A stretch of DNA of 64,000 nucleotides from an uncultured Phycisphaerales bacterium (GCA_963755915.1 CAVWLP010000002.1:2176001-2240000); one strand, 5' to 3'; shown: positions 50,651-61,183, counted from the first letter of the stretch. Numbers and translations are program-made. The notes: generated from the letters alone by a model not told the origin.

Positions 50651-52756
50651 ATGAAACGACAAAAAGACGCTGGTAAACATGGGCGACATAATCCAAAACT
50701 GCTTTTGCAGTTGATCTGTCTGCTTCTGGCCGCGCCAAAAACCTGGGCGGCGCCTGTGACGCGGCCCTCCAACGAGGCGTTGCCCGCATCGCGGCCGTCT
50801 TTCGTGTCCGGGTCAGAGGTTGACGCCTCTACGTCCAATCTAACTTCGCTCAGCCTCGAAGACCTGATGAGCGTTCCCGTCACGACGGTGACCAAGACTC
50901 CCGAGCGCATTGCCGATGCTCCGGCCGCAGTGACCGTTATCTCGCAGGAAGATATCCAGCGCAGCGGCTTGGATGAAATACCCGAAATCCTGCGCCTTTC
51001 GCCGGGACTTTTCGTTCAGCGGGGAGATCAGATCACCGGATGGAGCGTCGCCGCACGCGGATTTGGAGATGTCTTCGACAACAAGCTCCTCGTCCTCGAC
51101 GACGGGATAAGCATTTATACACCGCATTTTGGGGGTGTTTATTGGAATCTGGTGGATTACCCGATTCCGGATCTGGACCGGATAGAAGTCATCCGCGGCC
51201 CCGGCGCAACCCTTTGGGGATCAAACGCGGTGGATGGTGTGATCAATATCATCTCCAAGCCGGCCGACCAGACCCAGGGACTTATGGTTGATTCCCGATT
51301 AGGCAGCGATACCTCCGATCTGGCAGTTCGCTACGGCGGGCAACTCGGTTCCAACACCTATTTCCGCGTTTTCGCCAAGGGTCGCGATTTTGGCAATGAC
51401 GACGTTCCCGGCGGCTGGTCGGCGGCGGATCGCTTCGATTCGTCGATGGGGGGCCTTCGCCTGGATAACTACGCAACTGACAAAGATACCGTGACCTTTC
51501 AAAGCGGCATGAGTTATGAAAACATAACCGATACCCAATCCTTCGGACAACCGATCCCCGGCTATGTGCACGACTATCAAAGCGAAGGAAACGCCCTTGC
51601 CCGCTGGACGCACGTGGATTCCGACACTTCCGATTTCGCATTGCAGGCCTATTACGACCGCACCGAACATCGCGACTCGTTCGTCGGCGACATCATGGAC
51701 ACCGGCGACATCGATTTCCACGACCGCTTTCAGCTCTGGCAGGGGAATGAACTCATGTGGGGCACGGGCGCCCGGCTTCAGAAGGACGATGTCAGCTCGT
51801 TTTTCCTGCCCGTGCCGATCGTCCAGCCTCCTTCGAAGGAATATTACCTCTTCAACGTCTTTGTGCAGGATACGCTCACAATTGTTCCCGATAAGCTGAA
51901 CCTGTTTATCGGTTCAAAGTTCGAATACGACTATTTCACGCGCTTCAACTATCAGCCGAGCATTCGGCTGCTGTGGACTCCGACGGCGAAAACATCTGTT
52001 TGGGGCGCCGTTTCGCGGGCCGTTCGGGTTCCTGACCGGCAGACGGAAGACTATGACTTGATCCTGCCGGTATCGTCGGGACCGCCCGAAACGGTCCTCA
52101 ACTCGATCGGGGGCGGGCCCGGCTTGCAAAACGAGGAGGAAATCTCCTACGAAATAGGTCTGCGCCACAGTTTTACCAAGACGTTTTCCGCGGACATCAC
52201 GGCATTCGCGAACGAGTACCGCGATCTGATCGCACTGGTCAATGAGCAGCCGTATTTCCTTGACGGAGTGCTGGTCATTCCGAGCATGAACGTCAACGCC
52301 CAGTCTGCGCAAACGTATGGCACCGAACTGGCGCTTAATTGGCAGGTAAATCCGCAATGGCGGCTGTCGGGATCGTACAGCTTGCTCGAACAGTACGTGC
52401 AGGGCCTGCCAACGGTCAGTTTAAACCCGGGAACCTACTTCCCGAACACCTACCCCAAGAATCAGTTTCAAATTCATTCATACATGGATTTAATGAAGAA
52501 CCTCCAGTTCAACTCGAGCCTCTACTATGTGGATGCGATCGGCCCCGGCGCAATTGTGACGCCGAATCAATTCTACGGAGTCGGCAGCTATGCAAGGCTT
52601 GATCTATCGCTGGTCTGGATGCCCAGGCCGGACCTTAGAGTGGCACTGGGCGTTCAAAATGCGCTGGACCCCCAGCACCAGGAAACCAATTCGGGGGAAG
52701 GATCCAACGCCGTTGTCAATCGTGCGGTGTATGCCCAGGTTACGTGGTCGTATTGA
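50651..52756 (+). CDS. TonB-dependent receptor
   Basis: Plug motifs APAAVTVI and RIEVIRGPGATLWGSNAVDGVINII; aromatic C-terminal strand. Confidence 0.9.
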   Translation: MKRQKDAGKHGRHNPKLLLQLICLLLAAPKTWAAPVTRPSNEALPASRPSFVSGSEVDASTSNLTSLSLEDLMSVPVTTVTKTPERIADAPAAVTVISQEDIQRSGLDEIPEILRLSPGLFVQRGDQITGWSVAARGFGDVFDNKLLVLDDGISIYTPHFGGVYWNLVDYPIPDLDRIEVIRGPGATLWGSNAVDGVINIISKPADQTQGLMVDSRLGSDTSDLAVRYGGQLGSNTYFRVFAKGRDFGNDDVPGGWSAADRFDSSMGGLRLDNYATDKDTVTFQSGMSYENITDTQSFGQPIPGYVHDYQSEGNALARWTHVDSDTSDFALQAYYDRTEHRDSFVGDIMDTGDIDFHDRFQLWQGNELMWGTGARLQKDDVSSFFLPVPIVQPPSKEYYLFNVFVQDTLTIVPDKLNLFIGSKFEYDYFTRFNYQPSIRLLWTPTAKTSVWGAVSRAVRVPDRQTEDYDLILPVSSGPPETVLNSIGGGPGLQNEEEISYEIGLRHSFTKTFSADITAFANEYRDLIALVNEQPYFLDGVLVIPSMNVNAQSAQTYGTELALNWQVNPQWRLSGSYSLLEQYVQGLPTVSLNPGTYFPNTYPKNQFQIHSYMDLMKNLQFNSSLYYVDAIGPGAIVTPNQFYGVGSYARLDLSLVWMPRPDLRVALGVQNALDPQHQETNSGEGSNAVVNRAVYAQVTWSY

Positions 52757-52848
52757 GCTGTTGCAGGTATGAGGGGCTTCTTCGCACAATTGCCAGCCGC
52801 GCCCGGACGATGATAGAATATGGCTCTTAACGAGGCGAACCATTACAA

Positions 52849-53081
52849 ATGACCTCAACATTATCAAAGGGACGGTTCACGGGAAATCCATCGAATTGGA
52901 AAGGGAATCGGGCTTTCCCGATGGGCAGCAAGTCTCTGTAGCACTGTTCGCCTCGCCACCGGCCGGTGAAGGGATGCGGCAGGCCTTTGGGTCGTGGGCC
53001 GACGACGCGGCCGAGTTGGAATCATTTCTTTCTCGGATTCGCGAGGATCGAAAACTACAACGTGGCACACCGGGCCTGTGA
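52849..53081 (+). CDS. Putative antitoxin, frameshift near start
   Basis: IIKGTVHGKSIELERESGFPDGQQVSV...AFGSWAD; GTGA overlap with vapC. Confidence 0.6.
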
Positions 53082-53471
53082 ACTTTCTACTGGACACCAA
53101 TATCTGCTCAGCCTATTTGAGGGGCGATGGCCGGGTTTTCAATCGCTTTATACAACACGCCGGAGGACTAGCGGTTTCGGCGATCGTTGTTGCTGAATTG
53201 TATTCCTGGGTGTTCCGCGCAAGACTCGACCAGATCGATTGCAGGGATTGGAATCGCTACTCTCGGAACTCCACTTTTTGCCCGTGGACCTTCAGGTGGC
53301 TCGGAAATTTGGAGAACTCCGCCGATGTTGCTGGATCAGGGCCAACCGACCCCCGAAATCGATCTGCTCATCGCGAGCACAGCGCTCGTCTATGACCTAA
53401 CCATGATTACCCACAACGTCTCGGATTTCGCGCGTGTTCCGGGTCTGAAACTTGATGACTGGATACGATGA
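53078..53471 (+). CDS. VapC PIN toxin, frameshifted
   Basis: FLLDTNICS..., then DLLIASTAL..ITHNVSDF in another frame. Confidence 0.8.
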
Positions 53472-53497
53472 AGCAACTGCTGCCGGGCGACTGAGGC

Positions 53498-54552
53498 CTA
53501 TTTCCCCTTCACCGCATCTCGCGACGCTTCCCCGCTCGTTTTCCGGCGGTGCTTTTTGACGGCTATATCGATCGCTAGTTCGATCGCCGCCCGCATACTT
53601 CCCGGGTTCGCCCGATTGCGGCCGACGATATCGAAAGCGGTGCCGTGATCGGGGCTGGTGCGGATGATCGGCAAACCGAGGGTGATGTTGACCGCCTGGT
53701 CGAAGGCGAGAAGTTTCACGGGAATCAGGCCCTGATCGTGGTACATGGCGACGACGGCGTCGAAATGGCCGTCGCGGGCTTTTAGGAAAATCGTGTCGGG
53801 GGGATAGGGGCCGGTTACGTCGATGCCCTGATCACGGGCCATGAGGATGGCGGGGGAGATGATTCGTTCTTCTTCGTCGCCGAACTGGCCGTTTTCGCTG
53901 GCGTGGGGATTGAGGCCGCAGACGGCGATGCGCGGTTTGGGGATGTCGAACCATTCGACGAGGGCCTGGTGGACCAGCTCGATCGGCTGGAAGACGGCGC
54001 CGATATTCAGGCGGCCCCAGAGGCCCATCAGGGGCATGTGTACGGTGGCGAGGACCACTTTGAGAGGTCCGCCGGCGAACATCATTGCATAGCGGCGGGA
54101 GCCGGTGCGCTGGGCGAAAAGCTCGGTGTGGCCGGGGTAGTTATATCCGGCCAGCTTCCAGCTTTCCTTGGCGATGGGGGCGGTGACGACGGCGTCGACA
54201 GCTTGCGATTGGCGGCTTCGATGGCGTCGAGGCAGAAGCGCATCGAAGCTTCGCCGCCCATTTTGCTGGGGGCGCGGATGGCGGTGCCGAGCATTGAATA
54301 TTGGTCGTAATCGACGACGACGACATCATGCGGATAGTTTCGGAGGCGGCCGTTGAACTGGTCGCGCCACCAGAAGACGTCGAACTCGGCGATGTCGGCG
54401 GCGTAGTGGAGCAGCTCGTTCATGCCGTAGACGATGAAGTGGGCCTTGTGGCGCAGGACGGGGTCGGCCAGCGCTTTGACGATGACCTCCGGCCCGATTC
54501 CGGCGGGGTCGCCCATGGTGATGCCGATGGTGGGGCGGTAATCCATATCCAT
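53498..54552 (-). CDS. pdxA: 4-hydroxythreonine-4-phosphate dehydrogenase, frameshifted
   Basis: ITMGDPAGIGPE, GLNPHA, MYHDQGL, RTSPDHGTAFDI. Confidence 0.92.
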
Positions 54553-54726
54553 TCCGGCAGTATTCTATCCGGCGGGTCCAATGGGACAGCAGATTTATCG
54601 GCTGAAAGAAGCTGGGGAATGCGACTTTTTGCGGGGTGGGCGGGGGGACCCACGGCGGCGCGGTTCGACTGGGCTCACCGAAGTCCGTGGGTGTTCCGGG
54701 AGTAAAGCGATCCATTACCGGGCGGA

Positions 54727-56382
54727 TCAGTGAATCCAGCGCATGTCGCCGAAATTGGGGATGAGGGAGATGCGGGTGCCAAAGAGGCGGTAACCGGCGG
54801 GCCAGTAGACGAAAACGGCTTTTCCGAGCATGAACTGCTCTGGAACGCGTCCCTCCTTCATTTCAAGACCCTCGTGGGGGAGGTCGATGGGGGCATCCCA
54901 ATATCGCGCATCCTTGCTAATGGCGGAGTTGTCGCCCATGGTGAAGAATTCACCTTTGCCGAGCTTAACCGGGTCGTCGGGGGTGGCGGAGTGGAGGGTC
55001 ATTCCGCCGCTGCGGTTGGTGTAATAGACGTCGCGCCAGAGGCCGACGTGATCGAGGGTGCATTGCTGGTGTTCGGCCTCGATGGTGGCCTCGCCGGCGC
55101 GGTGGCCGCGCGGATGGTTGTGATACTGGTCCATCAGCCAGGTGATGTTCGGAGCGTAAGCGAGCGGGGCGAAGGCGTCTTTGCCGTTGAGGCGAAGGGT
55201 GACGCGGTAGTCGACGTTTTCGAAGTCGATCATGATGGGCTGATTGGGGGAGATGCCGAGCTCGGCAAAAGTTTTGTGCTGGTCGGCGACTTCGAAATCG
55301 TTGGTTTGATGGATGAGGCGAACGCCGTCGGGTTCGATCTGGGCGGTGAAGGTGTGGGTGACATCGACGGTTTTCGTGAGCTGGAGGCGGAGGGCGCCGT
55401 CGCCACTTTGGCGTTGGTAGTAGGCGGTTAGTTTCAGGTCGGAGACGGGGTTGGCGTTTTCGTCGTCGTAGGATCCACCCGCGGGCTCGGGGCGGCGGGC
55501 GTAGGGGAGGCCGGCGGTGGAGTCGTAGACGAGGTAATCGGTGAGGGTTTGGGTGGTGCTGTTGGCGTTGGGATCGAAGCGGAGTATGCCGCTGCCGGTG
55601 GGGTTGTCGAATTTGAACTGGCGTCCGGAGGCGTCCCAGCCGCTGCCATCGGGTCGCCAGGGCTGGACCCATTTGAGTTGGCCGGGGCTGCGCTGGGTCA
55701 TGGTGGGATGGAAATCGTTGTCGTAGACGAGCCGCCAGAGGGCGTCCTGCGCCTCTTGGGTTTTCGGGGGGATTTCCCAGGCGCTGGTGGGGGTCGCCCT
55801 GATGTAGATATTTCCGTCGAGGACCATCAATTGCTCGCCGGGCAAGCCAACGAGGCGCTTGATGAAATTCTGTTCGTAATTGTATTGCTTGGGTTCATCG
55901 GGGCTTTTGAAGACGACGACGTCCCAGCGCTGGGGGGGGTGAAGGAGGTAGAGATATTTGAGGACGAGGATGCGGTCGCCGTAATTGACGGGTGTGGCGT
56001 CCTGCGGGTTGGTGATTTCGCCGAAGCTGTTGCGGCGTTCGTGCGAGGCGACGAGGTAGCCGCAATTGGGGCAATAGACGTCGAGCGGGGGGAAGGCCTC
56101 GGGAGGGGTGCGCATGTCCTCGTCTTCCTCTTCGGTGCGCGACTGGTAATTGACATCGAAGGTGTAGCCGCAGTCGGGGCAGACGTAGCGCATGTGAGCG
56201 CCGAGGAGGGTGGGGGCCATGGAGCCGGTGGGGATGACGAATGCCTCGACGACGAAGGCGCGGAAGATAAAGGCGAGGATGAAGGCGACGAGGATTGACT
56301 CGATCGTCTCTTTGACGTTGGTCTTATCCTCTTCGGAGGGTGGATTGAGGATGGTGGAGACGGGAGCGGCTGACTGGGTCAT
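54727..56382 (-). CDS. lepB: Signal peptidase I with large insertions
   Basis: IPTGSMAPTL, GDRILV, FIKRLVGLPG, MGDNS..SKDAR; two CxxC motifs. Confidence 0.9.
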   Translation of the reverse strand: MTQSAAPVSTILNPPSEEDKTNVKETIESILVAFILAFIFRAFVVEAFVIPTGSMAPTLLGAHMRYVCPDCGYTFDVNYQSRTEEEDEDMRTPPEAFPPLDVYCPNCGYLVASHERRNSFGEITNPQDATPVNYGDRILVLKYLYLLHPPQRWDVVVFKSPDEPKQYNYEQNFIKRLVGLPGEQLMVLDGNIYIRATPTSAWEIPPKTQEAQDALWRLVYDNDFHPTMTQRSPGQLKWVQPWRPDGSGWDASGRQFKFDNPTGSGILRFDPNANSTTQTLTDYLVYDSTAGLPYARRPEPAGGSYDDENANPVSDLKLTAYYQRQSGDGALRLQLTKTVDVTHTFTAQIEPDGVRLIHQTNDFEVADQHKTFAELGISPNQPIMIDFENVDYRVTLRLNGKDAFAPLAYAPNITWLMDQYHNHPRGHRAGEATIEAEHQQCTLDHVGLWRDVYYTNRSGGMTLHSATPDDPVKLGKGEFFTMGDNSAISKDARYWDAPIDLPHEGLEMKEGRVPEQFMLGKAVFVYWPAGYRLFGTRISLIPNFGDMRWIH

Positions 56383-56435
56383 GGGTGGTTCAATGGTAAG
56401 CCATTCCCCCCGTCAAATGGAAGGACTTGCGGTGC

Positions 56436-56625
56436 TGGAGCGATTTGCACCCGACTGTAGCGTTCGCGCCGCCTTCGGCGGCCCTTCGGGTTGCGTTCCA
56501 AGGGGTCGTCTGCGGCGTCATCGCTCCATCCTGCGGAAGCTGCCTGCAGGAGGTTCGTCGCTCTTCCTTGCATCTGACCCCTTGGAACTCAACGCAAACG
56601 CTACAGTCGGATGCAAAACGCTCCA
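56436..56625. repeat. Nested palindromic (MITE-like) element abutting the tRNA-Leu 3' end
   Basis: About 30-bp imperfect terminal inverted repeat; inner GTTCCAAGGGGTC/GACCCCTTGGAAC pair. Confidence 0.75.
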
Positions 56626-56626
56626 A

Positions 56627-56708
56627 TGCGGCTGAGAGGACTCGAACCTCCACGTCTTGCGACACAAGAACCTGAATCTTGCGCGTCTGCCAATTTCGCC
56701 ACAGCCGC
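56627..56708 (-). tRNA. tRNA-Leu(CAG)
   Basis: Reverse complement GCGGCTGTGGCGAAATTGG...CAAGA-TTCAGGT-TCTTG, long variable arm, GGTTCGAGTCC. Confidence 0.93.
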
Positions 56709-56829
56709 GGCGGTATTCCAAAGGGCCACAGGATAGCCATCCTGTGGCTTTCGTTGCGAGCGGAATCTTATGCCAGCCATCCCCCCCGTCAACACCCGTC
56801 CCGTCAAGACGATACAATGGAGGGGACTT

Positions 56830-57297
56830 ATGAAGGAGCATGACAGGGCCAATTTTTCGCCGAGAATCGCCAATCGGCGGGCGATGCATAATTATTTCAT
56901 TGAGGCGAAGATCGAATGCGGGATTTCGCTTCTGGGGAGCGAGGTGAAATCGCTGCGGCTGGGGCTGTGCCAGCTTGCGGAGTCGTTTGCGCGGATCGAG
57001 CGGGGGGAGTTGGTTTTGCATGGGTGCCATATCGACCCGTATCAAAATGCGGTGCTTGGGCATGAGCCGTTGCGGGAGCGGAAGCTGCTGGTGCATAAGC
57101 GCGAGCTGCACCGGCTGGAAGCGGAAACTCAGCAGAGCGGGACGACGCTGATTCCGCTGGCGATTTATTTCAAGGGGGGGCGGGCGAAGCTGGAGCTGGG
57201 GGTGGCCAGGGGGAAGCAGCGGCATGATAAGCGGGAATCGATTAAGAAGAAGGAGCAGGATCGGGAGTTGAGAAGGGCGATGACGAGGAGGCAGTAG
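56830..57297 (+). CDS. smpB: SsrA-binding protein
   Basis: IANRRA.HNY, GSEVKSLR, RKLLVHKRE, GKQRHDKRE. Confidence 0.95.
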   Translation: MKEHDRANFSPRIANRRAMHNYFIEAKIECGISLLGSEVKSLRLGLCQLAESFARIERGELVLHGCHIDPYQNAVLGHEPLRERKLLVHKRELHRLEAETQQSGTTLIPLAIYFKGGRAKLELGVARGKQRHDKRESIKKKEQDRELRRAMTRRQ

Positions 57298-57367
57298 GCT
57301 TGGCGGCGCGCTTCCCTGCATGAGCTGGCGCTACGCTTGGGGGGGCGCGGCTAAACGGCAGACGCGA

Positions 57368-58990
57368 TTATTGATTCAGACATCTGTCGATTCGTCGCAG
57401 GGATTTTTCTTTTCCCAAGAATCCCAGGGTTTCGAAAATTGGCGGGCTGATGCTGGTGCCGCTGACGGCGACGCGGATGGGTTGGGCGACTTTCCCCAAA
57501 CCGAGGCCGCTGGTCTCGCAGTATTTTTTTACGGCTTCTTCGATGGGGTGGGGGGTCCAGTCTGAAACGCCTTCGAGAACCGTGCGGACTTCCTTCAGGG
57601 CTTTCAGGCCCTGGCCCTCATTTTTCTTGAGCACTTTTTCAATGGCGTCGGGCTGATATTCGATCTGATCGTCAGCCATGAATAGAAACCGGCTCTTTTC
57701 CACGACTTCGCGCACGGTTCTCATGCCGGCGTTCATTTTCAAAACCCGCTGGAGCTGTTCATCGGTCGCCCCATTCATCGACGAAGTTGGCTGCAGGCTG
57801 AGCAAATCGCGCAGGGCGGCCAGGAGGCGATCTTCGGGGGCGGCGGCGCAGGCCTCGGTGTTGAAGGCGAGGAGTTTCTCGCGGTTGAATTTGGCGTTGG
57901 CCTGGCCGATGCGGTCGAGGGAGAAGAGCTCGACCATTTCCTTGACGCTCATCCGCTCTTTGTCGCCGCCGGGGCTCCAGCCTAGCAGGGCGAGGAAATT
58001 CAGCATGACTTCGGGGAGATAGCCGTTGGCGCGGAAATCGTGGATCAGAACTTCGGGGAGATCGCTTTCTTTGAGGCCGATGACGGGCATGACCTTTTCC
58101 TGCTCGGATGCTTCGAGCTGGCGGCCGTCATCTTCGAGCCACCAGGTGACGCGGTTTTCCAGGCCGGTCATGGCGGCGAGGTCTGGGGGCGTTTTTTTGG
58201 TGTTTTTCAGCCAGAGGTTTGCCTGATGGCGGATTTTTTTGTCGCGATCGCGCTTGCCCATTTTGCTGCCGTCGGTGTTGAGGATTACGGGGAGGTGGCC
58301 AAAGATCGGGCGGGAATATCCGAGGGCTTCCTGCAGGGCGATGTGATTGACTGTGTTGAGGAGGTGCTCCTGGCCGCGGAGGATGTGGGTGATTCCCATC
58401 TCGGCATCGTCGACCACCACGGCGAAGTGATAGGTTGGCATGCCGTCGGTTTTGCGAATGACGAAATCCTGGACCTGGCTGGCTGCCAGGACGATCTCTT
58501 TGCCGAGGACTACGTCGGCGAATCGGTATTCCTTTACCGGCATGGCAAATCGGACCACGGAGGCGCGGGCTTCGGATTCGAATTTTGAAATCTGTTCGGC
58601 CGACAAGTTGGGCCGCTTGTAGATATAGGCGCGTTTGGCGCGCTCGGCGATTTTGCGCTGGGCGTCGAGCTCGGCGGGGGTTTCGTATGCTTTGTAGGCC
58701 ATGCCGCGGGAGATCAGGTCGTCGATGAGGCGGTTGTAAATCTCCAGCCGCTTGGACTGGAACATTAGCTGTTGGTTGTCCCAGTTGAGGCCTAGCCAGC
58801 GGAGGTCTTCGAGGACGCTGGTGACGGATTGTTCGGTGCTTCTTGCCAGGTCGGTGTCTTCGATGCGGAGGAGGAATTGGCCACCGAAATGGCGGGCGAG
58901 GAGCCAACTGAAGAGGGCGGTGCGTGCGCCGCCTACGTGGAGGTAGCCTGTGGGTGAGGGAGCGAATCTTGTGATGACGTTGGAACTCAT
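57368..58990 (-). CDS. gltX: Glutamate--tRNA ligase
   Basis: RFAPSPTGYLHVGG, LRIEDTD, PTYHFAVVVDD, KMGKR. Confidence 0.95.
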   Translation of the reverse strand: MSSNVITRFAPSPTGYLHVGGARTALFSWLLARHFGGQFLLRIEDTDLARSTEQSVTSVLEDLRWLGLNWDNQQLMFQSKRLEIYNRLIDDLISRGMAYKAYETPAELDAQRKIAERAKRAYIYKRPNLSAEQISKFESEARASVVRFAMPVKEYRFADVVLGKEIVLAASQVQDFVIRKTDGMPTYHFAVVVDDAEMGITHILRGQEHLLNTVNHIALQEALGYSRPIFGHLPVILNTDGSKMGKRDRDKKIRHQANLWLKNTKKTPPDLAAMTGLENRVTWWLEDDGRQLEASEQEKVMPVIGLKESDLPEVLIHDFRANGYLPEVMLNFLALLGWSPGGDKERMSVKEMVELFSLDRIGQANAKFNREKLLAFNTEACAAAPEDRLLAALRDLLSLQPTSSMNGATDEQLQRVLKMNAGMRTVREVVEKSRFLFMADDQIEYQPDAIEKVLKKNEGQGLKALKEVRTVLEGVSDWTPHPIEEAVKKYCETSGLGLGKVAQPIRVAVSGTSISPPIFETLGFLGKEKSLRRIDRCLNQ

Positions 58991-59017
58991 TTTGAAAATC
59001 CGTGTCAATTGGTTGTT

Positions 59018-59065
59018 GGCCCCCTCCCTAGCCCTCCCCCGGAGTACCGGGGGCGGGGATAAGAG
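59018..59065. repeat. REP-like palindrome family A copy
   Basis: GGCCCCCTCCCTAGCCCTCCCCCGGAGTACCGGGGGCGGGGATAAGAG. Confidence 0.75.
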
Positions 59066-59078
59066 GGGCGTGTCTTTG

Positions 59079-59974
59079 TCATTGTGGCAATTTTGGGGGC
59101 CGCATCCAGCGGCGGGTGCGGGCGGCGATCCATGCGCCGGGCCCGGAGGCGGCGTAGGTCAGGCTGCCGATGCCGATCACGTACTGGTGGGCGACGACCA
59201 TCAGCAGAACGACGCAGACGATGGCGATCAGGCGTCCGATGGGTCTTCGCCCGCGCAGATATCGATTTACCAGGTGGGGATAGCGGAGAAGGCTTACCAT
59301 GAGCAATCCGGTGCCGAGCACGACGAAAGGGAGGAGGACCAAGCAGGCCTGCGACAGGAGGGTGAATGATAATCGCGCTAGATCCTGCTGCATCAGAACC
59401 AGTCCCGCGACGGCGCCTGCGGCGCCGGGTGAGGGGAGTCCGAGGAAGCTGAAATGATGCTGCTCGCCGTGCTCGTTGCTGACGTTGAAGCGGGCGAGGC
59501 GGATGGCGGCGCAGCACATGTAGAGGGCGGCGATTGCCCAGACGAGTCGGGCCAGGGGCAGGTTCCAGTTGGGGCCTTCGACGTGAAAAAGGCGAAGGGC
59601 GACGAAGGCGGGGGCGAGGCCGAAGCTGACGACGTCGGCGAGGCTGTCGAGCTGTCCGCCGAAATCGGTGGTGTGGCGGGCGAATCTGGCGAGGCGTCCA
59701 TCGAGGGCATCGAAGGCCATGGCGAGGAAGATGAGATAGGCGGCGGCGCCGAAGCCGCGGGCGACGAAGAAGCTGCCAACGGGATCGCGCGGGAGGGGGC
59801 GCCGGGGGAGACCATAGTGGCGACATAAATTGCCGCGAAACCGCAGACGGCGTTGCCGAGGGTGGCGATGCTGGGGAGGAAATAGACGGAGCGGATGTAT
59901 GCCCTTCGGCCGTGGCGGCGCAAACGGAGGCGGCGCTGCTCGCGGGAGCGGCGGGGGCGGCGGGGTTTTTTCAT
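59079..59974 (-). CDS. pssA: CDP-diacylglycerol--serine O-phosphatidyltransferase, frameshift near 59800
   Basis: LPSIATLGN; DALDGRLAR...GGQLDSLADVVSFG; RLARFNV. Confidence 0.88.
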
Positions 59975-60666
59975 GCGGGCGTCTCCCGCGAAGTGAGCGG
60001 CTCATACTCCTCTCCCACCGCTTTGGACTCCGTGTGAATGGGATTCATCAGGACGGCGATGATATCCGAAGCCCCGCGGACGTTTTGGCCGATCTGCACC
60101 TGAATTTTTGGGTCGAGGAACTTGGCGATGGTTAATTCGGTTCGGCTGCCGAACTTGATCATGCCGATGCGGGCGCCGCGTTCGACGAATTCGTCTTTGG
60201 CGACGGTGCAGACGATCCGGCGGGCGATCATTCCGACGATCTGGCGGATGACGACGATGTTTTTTCCGCCGCGCGGCTCGGCGAGGACGATGGTGTTGGA
60301 TTCATTGGTGTTTGAAGCCTCGCCATGCCGCATGGCGTTGACGAATTTGCCTTTTTTGTAGGTGATGGAGACGACTTTTCCGTCGCAGGGACAGCGGTTG
60401 ACGTGGACGTTGAAGACGGAGAGGAAGATTCCGATGCGGACGGCGGGGCCGCCGATGAGGTCGTCGTGCTCCAGTTCGGTGATGTCGGAGACTTTTCCAT
60501 CGGCGGGGGAGACGACGGTGCGCTGCTCGGCGGGAATGGGGCGTTCGGGATCGCGGAAGAAGGCGAAGAGCCAGATCAGGACCGGGATAACGATCAGGGC
60601 CAGGGGCCAGACGGCCAGGCTGAGAGCCCAGGCGGTGACGGCCAAAACCATTGATCCAATAAGCAT
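59971..60666 (-). CDS. psd: Phosphatidylserine decarboxylase
   Basis: FFRDPER, SPADG, FLSVFNVHVNR, IKFGSR. Confidence 0.92.
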   Translation of the reverse strand: MLIGSMVLAVTAWALSLAVWPLALIVIPVLIWLFAFFRDPERPIPAEQRTVVSPADGKVSDITELEHDDLIGGPAVRIGIFLSVFNVHVNRCPCDGKVVSITYKKGKFVNAMRHGEASNTNESNTIVLAEPRGGKNIVVIRQIVGMIARRIVCTVAKDEFVERGARIGMIKFGSRTELTIAKFLDPKIQVQIGQNVRGASDIIAVLMNPIHTESKAVGEEYEPLTSRETPA

Positions 60667-60780
60667 TTCCCGCCAGCCGTGGCGCGTGAGTCGGAACAGA
60701 TTTTTAGAAGCTAGACCCGGCCTGTGGGGATGTCAACGAATGAATGTCGGGTGTGCGACCGGCAGTAATTGCCGGGTCGG

Positions 60781-60987
60781 TTACCGCTGCGCCAAGGGCG
60801 TCTGACCCTGGGGGATGGTGACGCTGGCGGGCTCCGCGCGCACGACGGCGGCGGGGTTGACGATGCCGCTGGATTCGTCGGGCAATTCCCTGGGGACCAG
60901 GGTCCAGCAGATCAGGCCGGCGGCGCCGATCCAGAGCGCGAAACAGAAGCCTACGATGATTCCCCGATCAAATGAGAAGAAATGCAT
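60781..60987 (-). CDS. Small membrane protein
   Basis: GGAGG RBS and one TM segment. Confidence 0.45.
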   Translation of the reverse strand: MHFFSFDRGIIVGFCFALWIGAAGLICWTLVPRELPDESSGIVNPAAVVRAEPASVTIPQGQTPLAQR

Positions 60988-61122
60988 GATCCGGACCTCC
61001 ATGTCCGAAAAGAACGACCGTTCATCCTTGAACGAACCGCAGCATACCACCGCGGAAAGCAGAATCAATGGCCCGGTTTTTATCGGGCGTGAAGGGCGTT
61101 TCTCAGCAACTAAAAACAACGT

Positions 61123-61180
61123 GCCCCCACCCTTGCCCTCCCCCGGAGGACTGCGTCCCGCGTACCAGGGAGGGGGAAGA
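61123..61180. repeat. REP-like palindrome family A variant with loop insertion
   Basis: Same arms with extra GGACTGCGTCCCGC before GTAC. Confidence 0.65.
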
Positions 61181-61183
61181 TCG

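Noticed and set aside
56627-56708. tRNA-Leu or tRNA-Arg as integration sites
   Set aside because: No duplicated tRNA fragment or nearby integrase was found for either.
9858-59974. Frameshifts in bamA, the histidine kinase, typA, the PP2C phosphatase, the DinB-like gene, pdxA and pssA as pseudogenisation or programmed frameshifting
   Set aside because: They are scattered small indels, including in the normally essential bamA, with no common slippery motif; sequencing or assembly error is the simpler explanation.
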